DNA of 53,429 nt from Actinomycetota bacterium (GTDB taxonomy: Bacteria > Actinomycetota > Actinomycetes > Actinomycetales > Microbacteriaceae), in assembly GCA_041184065.1 (NCBI GenBank), contig JBEGKM010000001.1:1-53429 (forward strand), written 5' to 3'. The position numbers were made by a program, and so were the translations under genes. Each line of letters opens with the position of its first letter. Position 1 is the first letter of the stretch. Below the pieces are notes generated by a model. The model had not been told where the DNA came from and made no database searches. It worked only from the letters and a program-made list of their open reading frames with translations. Shown here one piece after another: positions 8,859-18,473 of the stretch.

Positions 8859-9782
8859 ATGACTGACCTAAGACGCATCGACGTAAACCTGATTGTCGTT
8901 CTCGACGCAATCTTGACCGAGATGAACCTGACCCGAGCCGGTGAGGTAGTTGGTATGTCGCAACCAGCCGTTAGCGGCGCTTTGGCGAGGCTTCGGCAGC
9001 AGTATGGCGACCCTCTTTTGGTGCGCAAGGGCCGAGTTTTTGAATTGACCGAACGTGCCGAGGCGCTCAAGCCGATTGTCGCCGAGGCGATGAACGAGAT
9101 TCAGCGAACCTTTGAAATCATGCCAACCTTTGACCCGTTGGTCAGCACCCGAACCTTTAGCATCGCTGCCTCAGACTACGTGCTAAGCCAGATGACCGGA
9201 CAGCTTTTGGCTCTGATCAAAGAAGAAGCACCTGGCGTGCACATATCATTCGATAGCCTTCCCCCAGATGCCAGCGTCAGCCCCGTCGATTTGCTGCGAC
9301 GCGATGTAATCATTTCTGGCGACCCACGCATCGCCGGCAAGCGCAAATCACTGTTCAGCGACCGCTTCGTTTGCATCTTAGACGCAAAAAATCCAAGACT
9401 TCGAGGCGGCAAACTCAGCCTCGCCGATCTAGAAGAACTTCGTTATGTTCGAGCCACCTTTGGCGACGACATCACAACCCAGGTTGACCAGCTTCTCTCG
9501 CAGGCCGGCGTGGTGCCTAGAGTCGGCATAACTGTGCGCGGGTTTGTACCGGTGCCATTTGCGGTCTCTGATTCAACCATGATCGGTTTTGTGCCAGAGC
9601 GACTGGCCGAACAATATTGCGAGTCGCTTGGGCTGGTCATCGCCGAGACTCCACTTCCGCCTTCGATGCTCATCGAGGCAGTGCACTGGCATCCCTCTAA
9701 AACGTCAGACCCGGCTCTGAAATGGCTGGTTGAAATGCTTCGCAAGACCTCCGAAAATATCGATGGCGGCATCGAAGAGTAG
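8859..9782 (+). CDS. LysR-family regulator, NodD-like (second copy)
   Basis: IDVNLIVVLDAIL..NLTRAG..SQPAVSGALARLR and WHP..SDPALKWL. Confidence 0.92.
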   Translation: MTDLRRIDVNLIVVLDAILTEMNLTRAGEVVGMSQPAVSGALARLRQQYGDPLLVRKGRVFELTERAEALKPIVAEAMNEIQRTFEIMPTFDPLVSTRTFSIAASDYVLSQMTGQLLALIKEEAPGVHISFDSLPPDASVSPVDLLRRDVIISGDPRIAGKRKSLFSDRFVCILDAKNPRLRGGKLSLADLEELRYVRATFGDDITTQVDQLLSQAGVVPRVGITVRGFVPVPFAVSDSTMIGFVPERLAEQYCESLGLVIAETPLPPSMLIEAVHWHPSKTSDPALKWLVEMLRKTSENIDGGIEE

Positions 9783-9975
9783 CCCTGCATCCCTTTTGTT
9801 ATAAGGATGTTATCCAAATCTCAGTCATTGGATTCACCGATTCCGACCTATTGGTCTCGCTGATAACTCTTTGCGGGAAAGTGCCGTTAGCGTACTAATA
9901 CGCAATGACAATGTCGTCGTGTGTAAGGCCCCAGGGCACCACATCGATGGCACCTCGAATTAGGAGAACTATCAA

Positions 9976-10932
9976 ATGGGTGCTCGTACCACTAAGCGCG
10001 TAATCGCAGGTTTGGCAGCTGCCAGCTTGCTAGTCGCAACTAACGTTTTGCCTGCCTCTGCAGAAGACCAGAAGACCGTAGGCTTCTCGCCAATCGCCTG
10101 GGCTATCCCAGCCATGGTTGGCATCCAGGCTGGCTTCAATGGCATCGCCGCATCGATGGGTCTAAAGACCGCTAACGCGCCAGACCCAAACTTCGACTCG
10201 GCTACCGCTAAGAAGAACATCGAGTCATGGATCACCAACAAGACCGTTGATGGTTTCTGGTCGATCACCCCAGGTGTGCCAAGCACCCTGAAGTCAACTC
10301 TTGAGCTAGCTCAAGAAAAGGGTGTCGCAGCTGTAGTTAACGGTGTTCCAGCCGACTACGGTTTCAGCGGCCTACAAAAGGGCATCAGCTTCGCAGTAAT
10401 CGACTACGCCAAGGAAGGTGCTGCTCTTGGCACCCAGATGGGTAAGTGTCTAGTAGCAAAGAAGCTTTCAACTTCGTCAATCATCATGGGTGTAAACCCT
10501 GCCGGAACCATCGGTAAGAAGGAAATGGAAGCCGCTTTCCAGGCTGCATTCAAGAAGGCTGCACCTAAGGCAAAGATTGCTCGTGCGGTTTCGCTAACCG
10601 GCGACCAAGCTAAGCAGCAGTCAACCATTCGCACCGCAATTCAGGCAAACCCTAAGGCCGTAGGTATCGTTACCTGGACCGACGAAGGTGCCCTTGGTTC
10701 AATCGCGGCTTACAAGACCGCTGGCAAGAAGCCTGCGAGCCTATGTCTGGTTGGTGCCGGTGGTGGCGACCAGGCTAAGGCTGCGGTTAAGGCTAAGAAC
10801 CTTTACGCAGACGTAGCTCTTGACTTCGGTGCTGACATCGCTCAGAACATCGCAGAGCTCAAGCGCCTAATGGCCGGCACCGGTGTTATGGGCAAGCAGC
10901 TTGTAACCCCAGTGGTTGTCTACAACCAGTAG
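9976..10932 (+). CDS. Sugar ABC transporter substrate-binding protein (RbsB-like)
   Basis: Signal peptide ending ASA; IDYAKEG and WTDEGALG periplasmic-binding-protein type I patterns; precedes permease and ATPase. Confidence 0.82.
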   Translation: MGARTTKRVIAGLAAASLLVATNVLPASAEDQKTVGFSPIAWAIPAMVGIQAGFNGIAASMGLKTANAPDPNFDSATAKKNIESWITNKTVDGFWSITPGVPSTLKSTLELAQEKGVAAVVNGVPADYGFSGLQKGISFAVIDYAKEGAALGTQMGKCLVAKKLSTSSIIMGVNPAGTIGKKEMEAAFQAAFKKAAPKAKIARAVSLTGDQAKQQSTIRTAIQANPKAVGIVTWTDEGALGSIAAYKTAGKKPASLCLVGAGGGDQAKAAVKAKNLYADVALDFGADIAQNIAELKRLMAGTGVMGKQLVTPVVVYNQ

Positions 10933-10944
10933 TAGGTAAAACCT

Positions 10945-10982
10945 CTAGTTTCCCCTCGGTGCGCAAACCGAGGGGAAACTAG
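10945..10982 (+). terminator. Intra-operonic stem-loop after the SBP gene
   Basis: Perfect 16-bp stem CTAGTTTCCCCTCGGT / ACCGAGGGGAAACTAG with 6-nt loop. Confidence 0.8.
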
Positions 10983-11013
10983 TTTCCACACTTCCAACAA
11001 ACAGAAAAAGCCC

Positions 11014-12012
11014 ATGAAAAAGCCAGACTCACTCTCCGTCCTAGTCTTCATCCGAAGCTGGGGCATCACTATTTTGCTCGTAGTGCTTTGGGCACTATTC
11101 GCATCAGTTGCACCGGTATTTGGAACCTTTGAAAATGCCAGCTTGATTCTTGGTGCCGCGTCGATCAGCGCCATCTTCGCTGCTTCGATTGCCATGGGTG
11201 TTTTTTCTGGAGCGCTTGACCTGTCGGTTCCTGGAACCGCGGCCGTTTCGGGCATTGTGCTTGGCATGCTGATCGGTAAAGGCGTCGACCCAGTATTGGC
11301 GATTGCCGTTGCACTTGTGATTGGTGCTGTCATCGGTTACATCAACGGGCTCATCGTTCAAACCGGTCTAAACCCACTTGCCGTAACTATCGGCATGCTC
11401 TCGGTGACTAGCGGTTTGGCAGCAATTCTTTCAGACGGTATTCCCCTTTTCGACAAGATGGACAGCCTTGGCTGGCTGGGCACCGAAATTTACTTCGGTC
11501 TGCCATCGACCTTCTATGTGGTTATCGTGGTGTTCGTCGTCGGAACCATTTTCTTGACCAAGACTCGCGGCGGAATTCGCTTCTTGGCCGCAGGCGGCAA
11601 CGCCGAGGCTTTGCGTCGCGCCGGTGTTAATGCCAACACCTACCGCTTGCTCGGTTTTATTCTTTCTGGCGCCTTGGCCGCACTTGGTGGTGTTGTCACC
11701 TGCGCCTACACCGCACAGGCCAGCCCAACTGCGGCAACCGGTGTGCTTTTCGACGGCCTCACCGCTGTCGCACTTTCGGGCATTTCACTTGCTGGCGGCC
11801 GAGGTAGCCTGCCAAAGGTTTTGGTAGGCGCACTGGTCATCTCAACCATCGGTAGCGGATTGTTGATCCTAAACATCCAGCCATACTGGACAATCACCAT
11901 CACTGGTCTGCTATTAATCGGCGCACTTGCTGGCGAGCACTACCTAGGTAAGGCGGTAGCTCGTCAGGCGGTTGGCAAGTCAAAGGTCTCTGCTCACAAG
12001 GAAGCGAAGTAA
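11014..12012 (+). CDS. Sugar ABC transporter permease (RbsC-like)
   Basis: Hydrophobic; LDLSV, GGNAEALRRAGVN and GISLAGGRG motifs. Confidence 0.93.
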   Translation: MKKPDSLSVLVFIRSWGITILLVVLWALFASVAPVFGTFENASLILGAASISAIFAASIAMGVFSGALDLSVPGTAAVSGIVLGMLIGKGVDPVLAIAVALVIGAVIGYINGLIVQTGLNPLAVTIGMLSVTSGLAAILSDGIPLFDKMDSLGWLGTEIYFGLPSTFYVVIVVFVVGTIFLTKTRGGIRFLAAGGNAEALRRAGVNANTYRLLGFILSGALAALGGVVTCAYTAQASPTAATGVLFDGLTAVALSGISLAGGRGSLPKVLVGALVISTIGSGLLILNIQPYWTITITGLLLIGALAGEHYLGKAVARQAVGKSKVSAHKEAK

Positions 12013-12016
12013 AACC

Positions 12017-12805
12017 ATGAGCGCAAATTCAACTCCGGCCCTAGACCTTCAGGGCATCGAGCTTCACTATGGCTATGTAAAGGCTTTGGACGGCATCAAC
12101 TTTAAGGTGAACCAGGGCGAGGCCGTGGCTTTGCTCGGCGACAACGGTGCCGGCAAGTCAACACTGCTAAAACTCATGTCTGGAGTGCACCGACAGACTC
12201 ACGGCACTATTCGAGTGCACGGCGACGAAGTGAATTTTCACGCACCAAAAGACTCGGCCAATGCCGGCATTGAAATGGTCTATCAAGACCTTGCTTTGGT
12301 TGACGCACTCGATAGCGCGACAAACCTGTTGCTTGGAAAAGAGATCTTGCGTAAAGGCCCGCTGGGCTGGCTTGGATTTGTTGACCGCAAAAAGATGATT
12401 GCCGAGGCTAATTCTGAGACCGAACTTCTAGGTGTCAAGATTGCCAACCTAACTCGTCCGGTTGAAATGCTTTCGGGTGGCCAGCGACAGGGCGTTGCTC
12501 TGGCCCGTGCCGCGGTGCGAGTGAACAACAAGCCAAACGGCATCTTGTTGCTAGACGAACCAACCGCTGCTTTGGGATATGAGCAAAAGGTAATGGTCGA
12601 AGGGCTCATCAAGCGCCTGGCTGCCTCGGGTATTGCAGTGGTGGTCGTCACCCACGACCTTCCACTGGCTTTTAACGCGACCTCGCGCATGGTGGTGCTT
12701 AACCGTGGCCGCAAGGTTGCCGATGTTCAGACCAGTGAAACCACCTACGAGAAGATCGTCGGTTACATTACCGGTGCCCTGCCGGCTCAAGAAAACATGT
12801 ACTAA
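12017..12805 (+). CDS. Sugar ABC transporter ATP-binding protein (single domain)
   Basis: GDNGAGKST, VYQDLAL, LSGGQRQ and LLLDEPT. Start moved to ATG 12017. Confidence 0.93.
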   Translation: MSANSTPALDLQGIELHYGYVKALDGINFKVNQGEAVALLGDNGAGKSTLLKLMSGVHRQTHGTIRVHGDEVNFHAPKDSANAGIEMVYQDLALVDALDSATNLLLGKEILRKGPLGWLGFVDRKKMIAEANSETELLGVKIANLTRPVEMLSGGQRQGVALARAAVRVNNKPNGILLLDEPTAALGYEQKVMVEGLIKRLAASGIAVVVVTHDLPLAFNATSRMVVLNRGRKVADVQTSETTYEKIVGYITGALPAQENMY

Positions 12806-12838
12806 ATCGCTGTCCGGCAGTGACTTGGTTTGAATCTG

Positions 12839-15184
12839 ATGGAAAACACAAACGGGAAAATCTCACTCGAAGCTAAGTGGATTTCACCCGTTGAGCGCGT
12901 AGTCGCACCCAAGGGCGAAAGGCCCGCCTATTGGTTGCGGGGCGAATTCTTGCTCGCCTCGAAACCAGCATCAGCGACTCTTCGAGTCTCTGCTCAAGGC
13001 ATCTATCAGGGTTTTATTAATGGCTCGAGAGTAGGCGATCAAGAACTCACTCCCGGTTCAACCCAGTATCGCGAGCGCATCCAAGTTCAAAGCTATGACG
13101 TCACGTCGCAACTGACCCAAGGGGCAAACGCCCTTGCGGTGTTGCTGGCAGATGGCTGGTTTAGAGGTGCGGCCGACATCATGCGTTCTGACAAACAGTT
13201 TGGCGAGCACGTCTCATTGATTGCCGAGTTGACCATTCTTGACTCGTCGGGTGCCAAGTCGGTTTGGGGCACAGGCGAGGGCTTCAAATTTGCAGCTTCG
13301 CACATCACCGGTGCCGATCTGTTCTTGGGGCAGGTGGAAGACCGCAGGCTGTTCGATATTGCCGTCGCCAAACCAGGTTTTGAAGACTCTGACTGGGCTG
13401 CGCCAGTCGAAGTTGAGGTGGCTGCACGCTTGGTTGCGCCTATCGCTCCACCGGTTCGCCGAATCGAAACCTTGAGTCCAAAATCAATCACCGAATTGTC
13501 AAATGGGTCGTTCGTGGTCGACTTTGGCCAAAACATAAACGGTTGGTGTCGCCTGTCAAACCTAGGTTCTGCCGGCAATCGCGTCACTCTCACCCACGCC
13601 GAGTGGCTCGACCGCAAAACCGGCGACATTTCGACCGCAAATTTAGACGTGCAGTTTCCGTTCATGCCTCACCCCATCAAAGACCACCAGATCGACGAGG
13701 TAATTTCTGCTGGCATCGAAGGCGATGTTTTCGAGCCCAAGTTCACCACTCACGGTTTTCAATTCGTTCGAGTCGAGGGTTTTGAAGGTGAACTAGCCTC
13801 GGCCGATATCCAGGCTGTTGTGGTCCACACTGACCTGAAAAAGATTGGCACCTTCGAAAGCAGCGATGAGCGTTTGTCCTGGTTGCATAAGGCAGCCGAT
13901 TGGTCATTCAGGGCAAATGCCTGCGATGTGCCAACCGATTGCCCACATCGCGAGCGCGCCGGTTGGTCTGGCGACTGGCAAATATTCATTGAGACCGCGG
14001 CCCGGCTTTACGACGTTGATGCATTCAGTCGCAAGTGGCTCGCCGACGTGTGCCTAGATCAAGCACCAGATGGTCGCATCGCCAACGTCACTCCGATGAC
14101 TCCATCGGCTGGTTTTGATGGGCCAATGGGGCACATGAACGGGTCATCGGGTTGGGGCGATGTGATTGTGCAGGCGCCCATCACGGCTTGGCGCGAATAT
14201 GGCAAAACCGAGGCGCTGAGTGAGTGTTTTGACGCCATGGTTCGCTGGGTTGGTTATGCCGAATTTGCCGCCGCAAACGCTCGCCACGAGTCGAAGACCG
14301 GCCCAGAGTTGCCCCACGAAAGATTTTTATGGGACACCGGTTTTCACTGGGGCGAATGGCTAGAGCCGGGGGTGCAAGGCGACCCGATGGCTAATGCCAT
14401 GCAAAACAATCAGGGCGAAGTTGCAACGGCCTACTTTTATCGCTCGGCGAAGGATTTGGCTGAGGTTGCCGAGGTGCTTGGCAAGTCGATGCAGGCGGCG
14501 AGCTATCGAGCCCTGGCGCAGAAGGTTCGCGAGGCCTGGCAAATTGAATATCTTGACGCCTCAGGGATGGTTAAGACTCAAACCCAGGCCACACATGTTC
14601 GAGCTTTGGCTTTTGGATTAGTGCCAGAACAATCTGCTCAGGCCGTTGCCGACAATCTGGCTGCCATGATTCGCGCCAACGCAAATCGGCTTGGCACCGG
14701 GTTCTTGTCAACGCCTTTCATTTTGCCGGTGCTGGCCGACTTTGGGCACGCCGACCTGGCATACGAAGTTTTGTTTCAAAACCAAGAACCTTCATGGATG
14801 AACATGCGAGAAAAGGGCGCCACCACAATTTGGGAGCGTTGGAACGGTGTTGATGATTCGGGCGAGGCCCACGATTCGTTGAACCACTATTCAAAAGGCG
14901 CGGTGGCTTCGTTTTTGCATCGCTACGTAGCGGGCCTGAAGGCCACCTCACCGGGCTACAAGACCTTCGAGGTCAAACCCACTTTGGGCGGTGGATTGAG
15001 ATTTGCAAAGACCACCCTTGACAGCCCGCATGGATTGATCGCCGTGGGCTGGCGCATCGAAGGTGATGAAATTATTGTCGAGGTGACGGCCCCTGCGGGC
15101 GCCTCTGGACAGATTTCGATGCCTGATTCAAGTGTTGTTGCAGTGCCCGCGGCAACCTCGGTCATCGCGCGCAGTCGATTTTGA
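12839..15184 (+). CDS. Alpha-L-rhamnosidase, GH78
   Basis: DFGQNING, FTTHGFQ, PTDCPHRERAGWSGD, GATTIWERW and SLNHY; no signal peptide. Alternative TTG start at 12830. Confidence 0.92.
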   Translation: MENTNGKISLEAKWISPVERVVAPKGERPAYWLRGEFLLASKPASATLRVSAQGIYQGFINGSRVGDQELTPGSTQYRERIQVQSYDVTSQLTQGANALAVLLADGWFRGAADIMRSDKQFGEHVSLIAELTILDSSGAKSVWGTGEGFKFAASHITGADLFLGQVEDRRLFDIAVAKPGFEDSDWAAPVEVEVAARLVAPIAPPVRRIETLSPKSITELSNGSFVVDFGQNINGWCRLSNLGSAGNRVTLTHAEWLDRKTGDISTANLDVQFPFMPHPIKDHQIDEVISAGIEGDVFEPKFTTHGFQFVRVEGFEGELASADIQAVVVHTDLKKIGTFESSDERLSWLHKAADWSFRANACDVPTDCPHRERAGWSGDWQIFIETAARLYDVDAFSRKWLADVCLDQAPDGRIANVTPMTPSAGFDGPMGHMNGSSGWGDVIVQAPITAWREYGKTEALSECFDAMVRWVGYAEFAAANARHESKTGPELPHERFLWDTGFHWGEWLEPGVQGDPMANAMQNNQGEVATAYFYRSAKDLAEVAEVLGKSMQAASYRALAQKVREAWQIEYLDASGMVKTQTQATHVRALAFGLVPEQSAQAVADNLAAMIRANANRLGTGFLSTPFILPVLADFGHADLAYEVLFQNQEPSWMNMREKGATTIWERWNGVDDSGEAHDSLNHYSKGAVASFLHRYVAGLKATSPGYKTFEVKPTLGGGLRFAKTTLDSPHGLIAVGWRIEGDEIIVEVTAPAGASGQISMPDSSVVAVPAATSVIARSRF

Positions 15185-15226
15185 GAGCATAATGACTCTC
15201 ACCATGCATATCGTGATTGAGCATCG

Positions 15227-15994
15227 ATGAAGAAAATCGCAACAAAAAGCACCGAAAGTGTTACCTCCCGTGCGCTCAAAGTTCTTGCCGCTTTTGAGGG
15301 CAGTGCTGGTGTTCTGTCTGTTGCTCGAATTGCCAAAAATAGCGGATTGCCGCTTTCAACCACGTATCGCTTGGTTCACGAACTCGAGGCCTGGGGTGGC
15401 CTTCGCAAGAATCACGATGGCGACTACCAAATTGGAATGAGAATTTGGGAACTGGGTCAGTTGGCAGGCAGAAGGCTGAGAGACCGAGCACACCCTCATC
15501 TTCAAGATCTGTTCGAACTCACTCATGAGAATGTTCACATGGCAGTGCGCGAAGGGCTTCAGAGTCTTTATGTTGACAAGGTTTATGGTTCACGCCGGGT
15601 TCCAAAAATTTCCAGAGTCGGTGGCCGCCTGCCTCTTCACGCAACGGCGGTTGGTCGGGTTCTGCTGGCCGCTGAGCCAGAGTGGTTTATTGAGAACTAC
15701 CTGGCTCGCGACCTTGAGTCTCCCACTAGAAAAACGACGACTAATGCGATTGAGCTGAGGGCCATCATCAGCGAAGTCCAGACTCAAGGCCGCTCTATCA
15801 CCGTTGAGCAAATGCGTGTGGGAGCCTGCTCGATCGCCTACCCGGTAATAGTTGGGGGCAATGTAGTTGCAGCCGTTGGTTTGGTTATCGATGCCACACG
15901 GCAATCAGAAATCGGGCGATTAGTTCCGCTTTTAACGGCCACCTGTCGCCGCATCGAAGCATCTCTTGCAACAAACATCGACGCTTTTATCTAA
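15227..15994 (+). CDS. creR: IclR-family regulator (CreR-like)
   Basis: SVTSRALKVL..GLPLSTTYRL HTH and RLPLHATAVGRVLLA; directly upstream of the P450. The symbol rests on synteny. Confidence 0.88.
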   Translation: MKKIATKSTESVTSRALKVLAAFEGSAGVLSVARIAKNSGLPLSTTYRLVHELEAWGGLRKNHDGDYQIGMRIWELGQLAGRRLRDRAHPHLQDLFELTHENVHMAVREGLQSLYVDKVYGSRRVPKISRVGGRLPLHATAVGRVLLAAEPEWFIENYLARDLESPTRKTTTNAIELRAIISEVQTQGRSITVEQMRVGACSIAYPVIVGGNVVAAVGLVIDATRQSEIGRLVPLLTATCRRIEASLATNIDAFI

Positions 15995-16029
15995 AAACTT
16001 GTTGCCGCTTAAATAAACATTTGATTACG

Positions 16030-16046
16030 TTCTCACTCAGTGAGAA
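16030..16046. promoter_or_regulatory. Putative IclR (CreR) operator
   Basis: Perfect 8-1-8 palindrome TTCTCACT-C-AGTGAGAA, 64 bp upstream of the P450 start. Confidence 0.72.
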
Positions 16047-16110
16047 ACCACTCCACCAATCTCTGCATAGAGGGTGAAGCATCTAGTTAGAGCATGCTTT
16101 AGGAGAAAAA

Positions 16111-17340
16111 ATGAGTGAAGCTGGTTGCCCAGTAAACCACCACGGCTATCAACCCTTCGACATGAATGACCCATTCCCGGCTTATGAAGAGCTGCGCCGT
16201 GAAGAACCGGTGATGTTCGATGATCGCATCGGCTATTACGTTGTAACGCGCTACGACGACATCAAAGCAACTTTCAACGACTGGGAATCCTTCTCTTCTG
16301 AAAACGCTCAGGCTCCAGTTAGGCCAGCGGGTGCTCCAGCCAAGCAAATTATGACCGATGGCGGGTTCACCGCCTATTCAGGGCTTTCGGCGCGCATTCC
16401 GCCAGACCACACGCGCATCCGCGGAGTCGCCACCAAGGCTTTCACTCCCCGCCGATATAAGGTTCTAGAGCCCCTCATTCGCGAAAATGTCAACACTTTG
16501 ATCGATGCCATGATCGCCAAGGGTGAAGTTGGCGATGTGGTTGCCGACATCGCCTGGGACCTCCCCACCATCACAATCCTCACCCTAATTGGTGTGCCAG
16601 TGACAATGATTCCTGAGGTTAAGGAATGGGCTAACAGCCGAGCTGCCATGACCTGGGGTGACCTAAACGACGAGCAACAGATTCCTCACGCTCACAATTT
16701 GGTTGCTTACTGGAATTTCTGTCAAAAATTAGTGGCGGATGCAAAGATCGCTCCGGGTGACAACCTGGTAACTGACTTGGTCAACCTGCAAGCGGCAGGC
16801 GAGCCAATTAACGATCACGAGATTGCTTCGTTCCTCTACAGCCTTTTGTTTGCTGGCCACGAGACCACTACCACGCTGATTTCTAATGCTATTCGAGTGT
16901 TGCTGCAGCACCGAGTTGCTTACGAAGCTCTGATTGCAGACCCGGACAAAATTCCGGGTGCGATCGACGAGGTTTTGCGCTTCAGTCCGAGTATTGTCGC
17001 CTGGCGCCGCAAGGCAACTCGTGACGCCGAAATCGGCGGTGTAGCTATTCCTCAGGGTTCGAACATCCTGTTGGTTATGGGTTCGGCTAACCGTGATGAC
17101 ACAGTTTTTCCGGCACCCGACGAGTTCAACATCGGTCGCGAGAATGCCCGCAATCACTTGGCCTTTGGATTTGGAATTCACTATTGCCTCGGCAATTTGC
17201 TGGCCAAGCTGCAGGCCAAGGTGGCGCTTGAAGAGGTAACCAAGCGTCTACCAAATCTGCGACTCGTCGCTGGGCAAAACATCACCTTCGGCGAAAACCT
17301 TTCGTTCCGCGTTCCGACCGCTGTTTCGGTCACCTGGTAA
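16111..17340 (+). CDS. creJ: Cytochrome P450 (CreJ-like, predicted to act on aryl phosphates)
   Basis: AGHETT I-helix, EVLR, and HLAFGFGIHYCLG haem-thiolate motif; cre-type gene order. Confidence 0.9.
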   Translation: MSEAGCPVNHHGYQPFDMNDPFPAYEELRREEPVMFDDRIGYYVVTRYDDIKATFNDWESFSSENAQAPVRPAGAPAKQIMTDGGFTAYSGLSARIPPDHTRIRGVATKAFTPRRYKVLEPLIRENVNTLIDAMIAKGEVGDVVADIAWDLPTITILTLIGVPVTMIPEVKEWANSRAAMTWGDLNDEQQIPHAHNLVAYWNFCQKLVADAKIAPGDNLVTDLVNLQAAGEPINDHEIASFLYSLLFAGHETTTTLISNAIRVLLQHRVAYEALIADPDKIPGAIDEVLRFSPSIVAWRRKATRDAEIGGVAIPQGSNILLVMGSANRDDTVFPAPDEFNIGRENARNHLAFGFGIHYCLGNLLAKLQAKVALEEVTKRLPNLRLVAGQNITFGENLSFRVPTAVSVTW

Positions 17341-17351
17341 GGAAAAAAATC

Positions 17352-18422
17352 ATGTCTAAATTCACGTTTGCATTCGACAGCACCGAAACCCCAGAGCACG
17401 ACCGGCTTGGCGGCAAGTGCACCAGCTTGGTTATCATGACCTCCGCCGGTGCCCCAGTTCCTCCTGGTTTTGCTGTCACCACCGATGCGTTCGACGTGGT
17501 CATGAACCAAACCACGCTGCGAGACCACATAGTGACTGTGCTTCAAGATCTAGATGCAAACGATGTGTCTGAGGTTGACCGCCGTGCAAGTCGAATTCGA
17601 GAACTGATAATGACCCAAGAGGTTCCCGAGGATGTTCGCTCAGCAACCCTCGAAGCTTATGACAGGCTCATGCAACTCTGTGGTGGCGAGGTGCCGGTTG
17701 CGGTTCGTTCAAGTGCTACAGCCGAAGACCTGCCTGATGCGAGCTTTGCTGGTCAGCAAGACACCTATCTTTGGATAACCGGTCGTCAGAACGTTTTGAC
17801 CAAAATTCGTGAATGCTGGGCGAGCCTTTACACCGCTCGAGCGATCACATACCGCCTGGCAAACAACATTCCAGACGAAGGCCTTTCTATGGCCGTCGCC
17901 GTGCAGAAGATGGTCAATTCGCGCACATCGGGCGTTGCCATGACCATCGACCCAAGCAACGGTGACCGCTCAAAGATTGTCGTCGACTCAAGTTGGGGTT
18001 TAGGCGAACTGGTGGTCTCTGGCGAAGTAACGCCTGACAACTTTCTGATTGACAAGGTAATGATGCACGTGGTCAAGCGTGTAATCAGCGATAAGCACGA
18101 AGAACTTATTCCAACCGGGCACGGCACGGTGGCCCGCAAAGAGATTGAGGCAGAGCGACGCACCGCCCCTAGCCTCAACGATGAAGAGTTGATTGCAGTT
18201 GCAAAACTAGCCAAGAGTGCTGAGAAACACTACGGCTCTGTGCAAGACGTTGAGTGGGCAATCGACGCAGACTTACCAGCTGGGCAGAACGTTCTTCTGC
18301 TTCAGAGCCGACCTGAAACGGTTTGGTCTCAGAAGAAAAAAGAGACGGTCATCACCTCAGTTGGTTCGGGAATCGAAGCAATTACGAAGTCGTTGTTGGC
18401 TCAGATTTCCGATCGCAAGTAA
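17352..18422 (+). CDS. creI: PEP-synthase-like ATP-grasp subunit of an alkylphenyl-phosphate synthase (CreI-like)
   Basis: LGGK, VPPGF, VAVRSSATAED, SFAGQQDT, WGLGE.VVSGEVTPD, QDVEWA and LQSRPET; stand-alone N-terminal domain. Confidence 0.88.
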   Translation: MSKFTFAFDSTETPEHDRLGGKCTSLVIMTSAGAPVPPGFAVTTDAFDVVMNQTTLRDHIVTVLQDLDANDVSEVDRRASRIRELIMTQEVPEDVRSATLEAYDRLMQLCGGEVPVAVRSSATAEDLPDASFAGQQDTYLWITGRQNVLTKIRECWASLYTARAITYRLANNIPDEGLSMAVAVQKMVNSRTSGVAMTIDPSNGDRSKIVVDSSWGLGELVVSGEVTPDNFLIDKVMMHVVKRVISDKHEELIPTGHGTVARKEIEAERRTAPSLNDEELIAVAKLAKSAEKHYGSVQDVEWAIDADLPAGQNVLLLQSRPETVWSQKKKETVITSVGSGIEAITKSLLAQISDRK

Positions 18423-18473
18423 GTAGTACCAGGAACAAAAACCCCTAATTATTCAGAGAAAGAAAGCAAAGCA

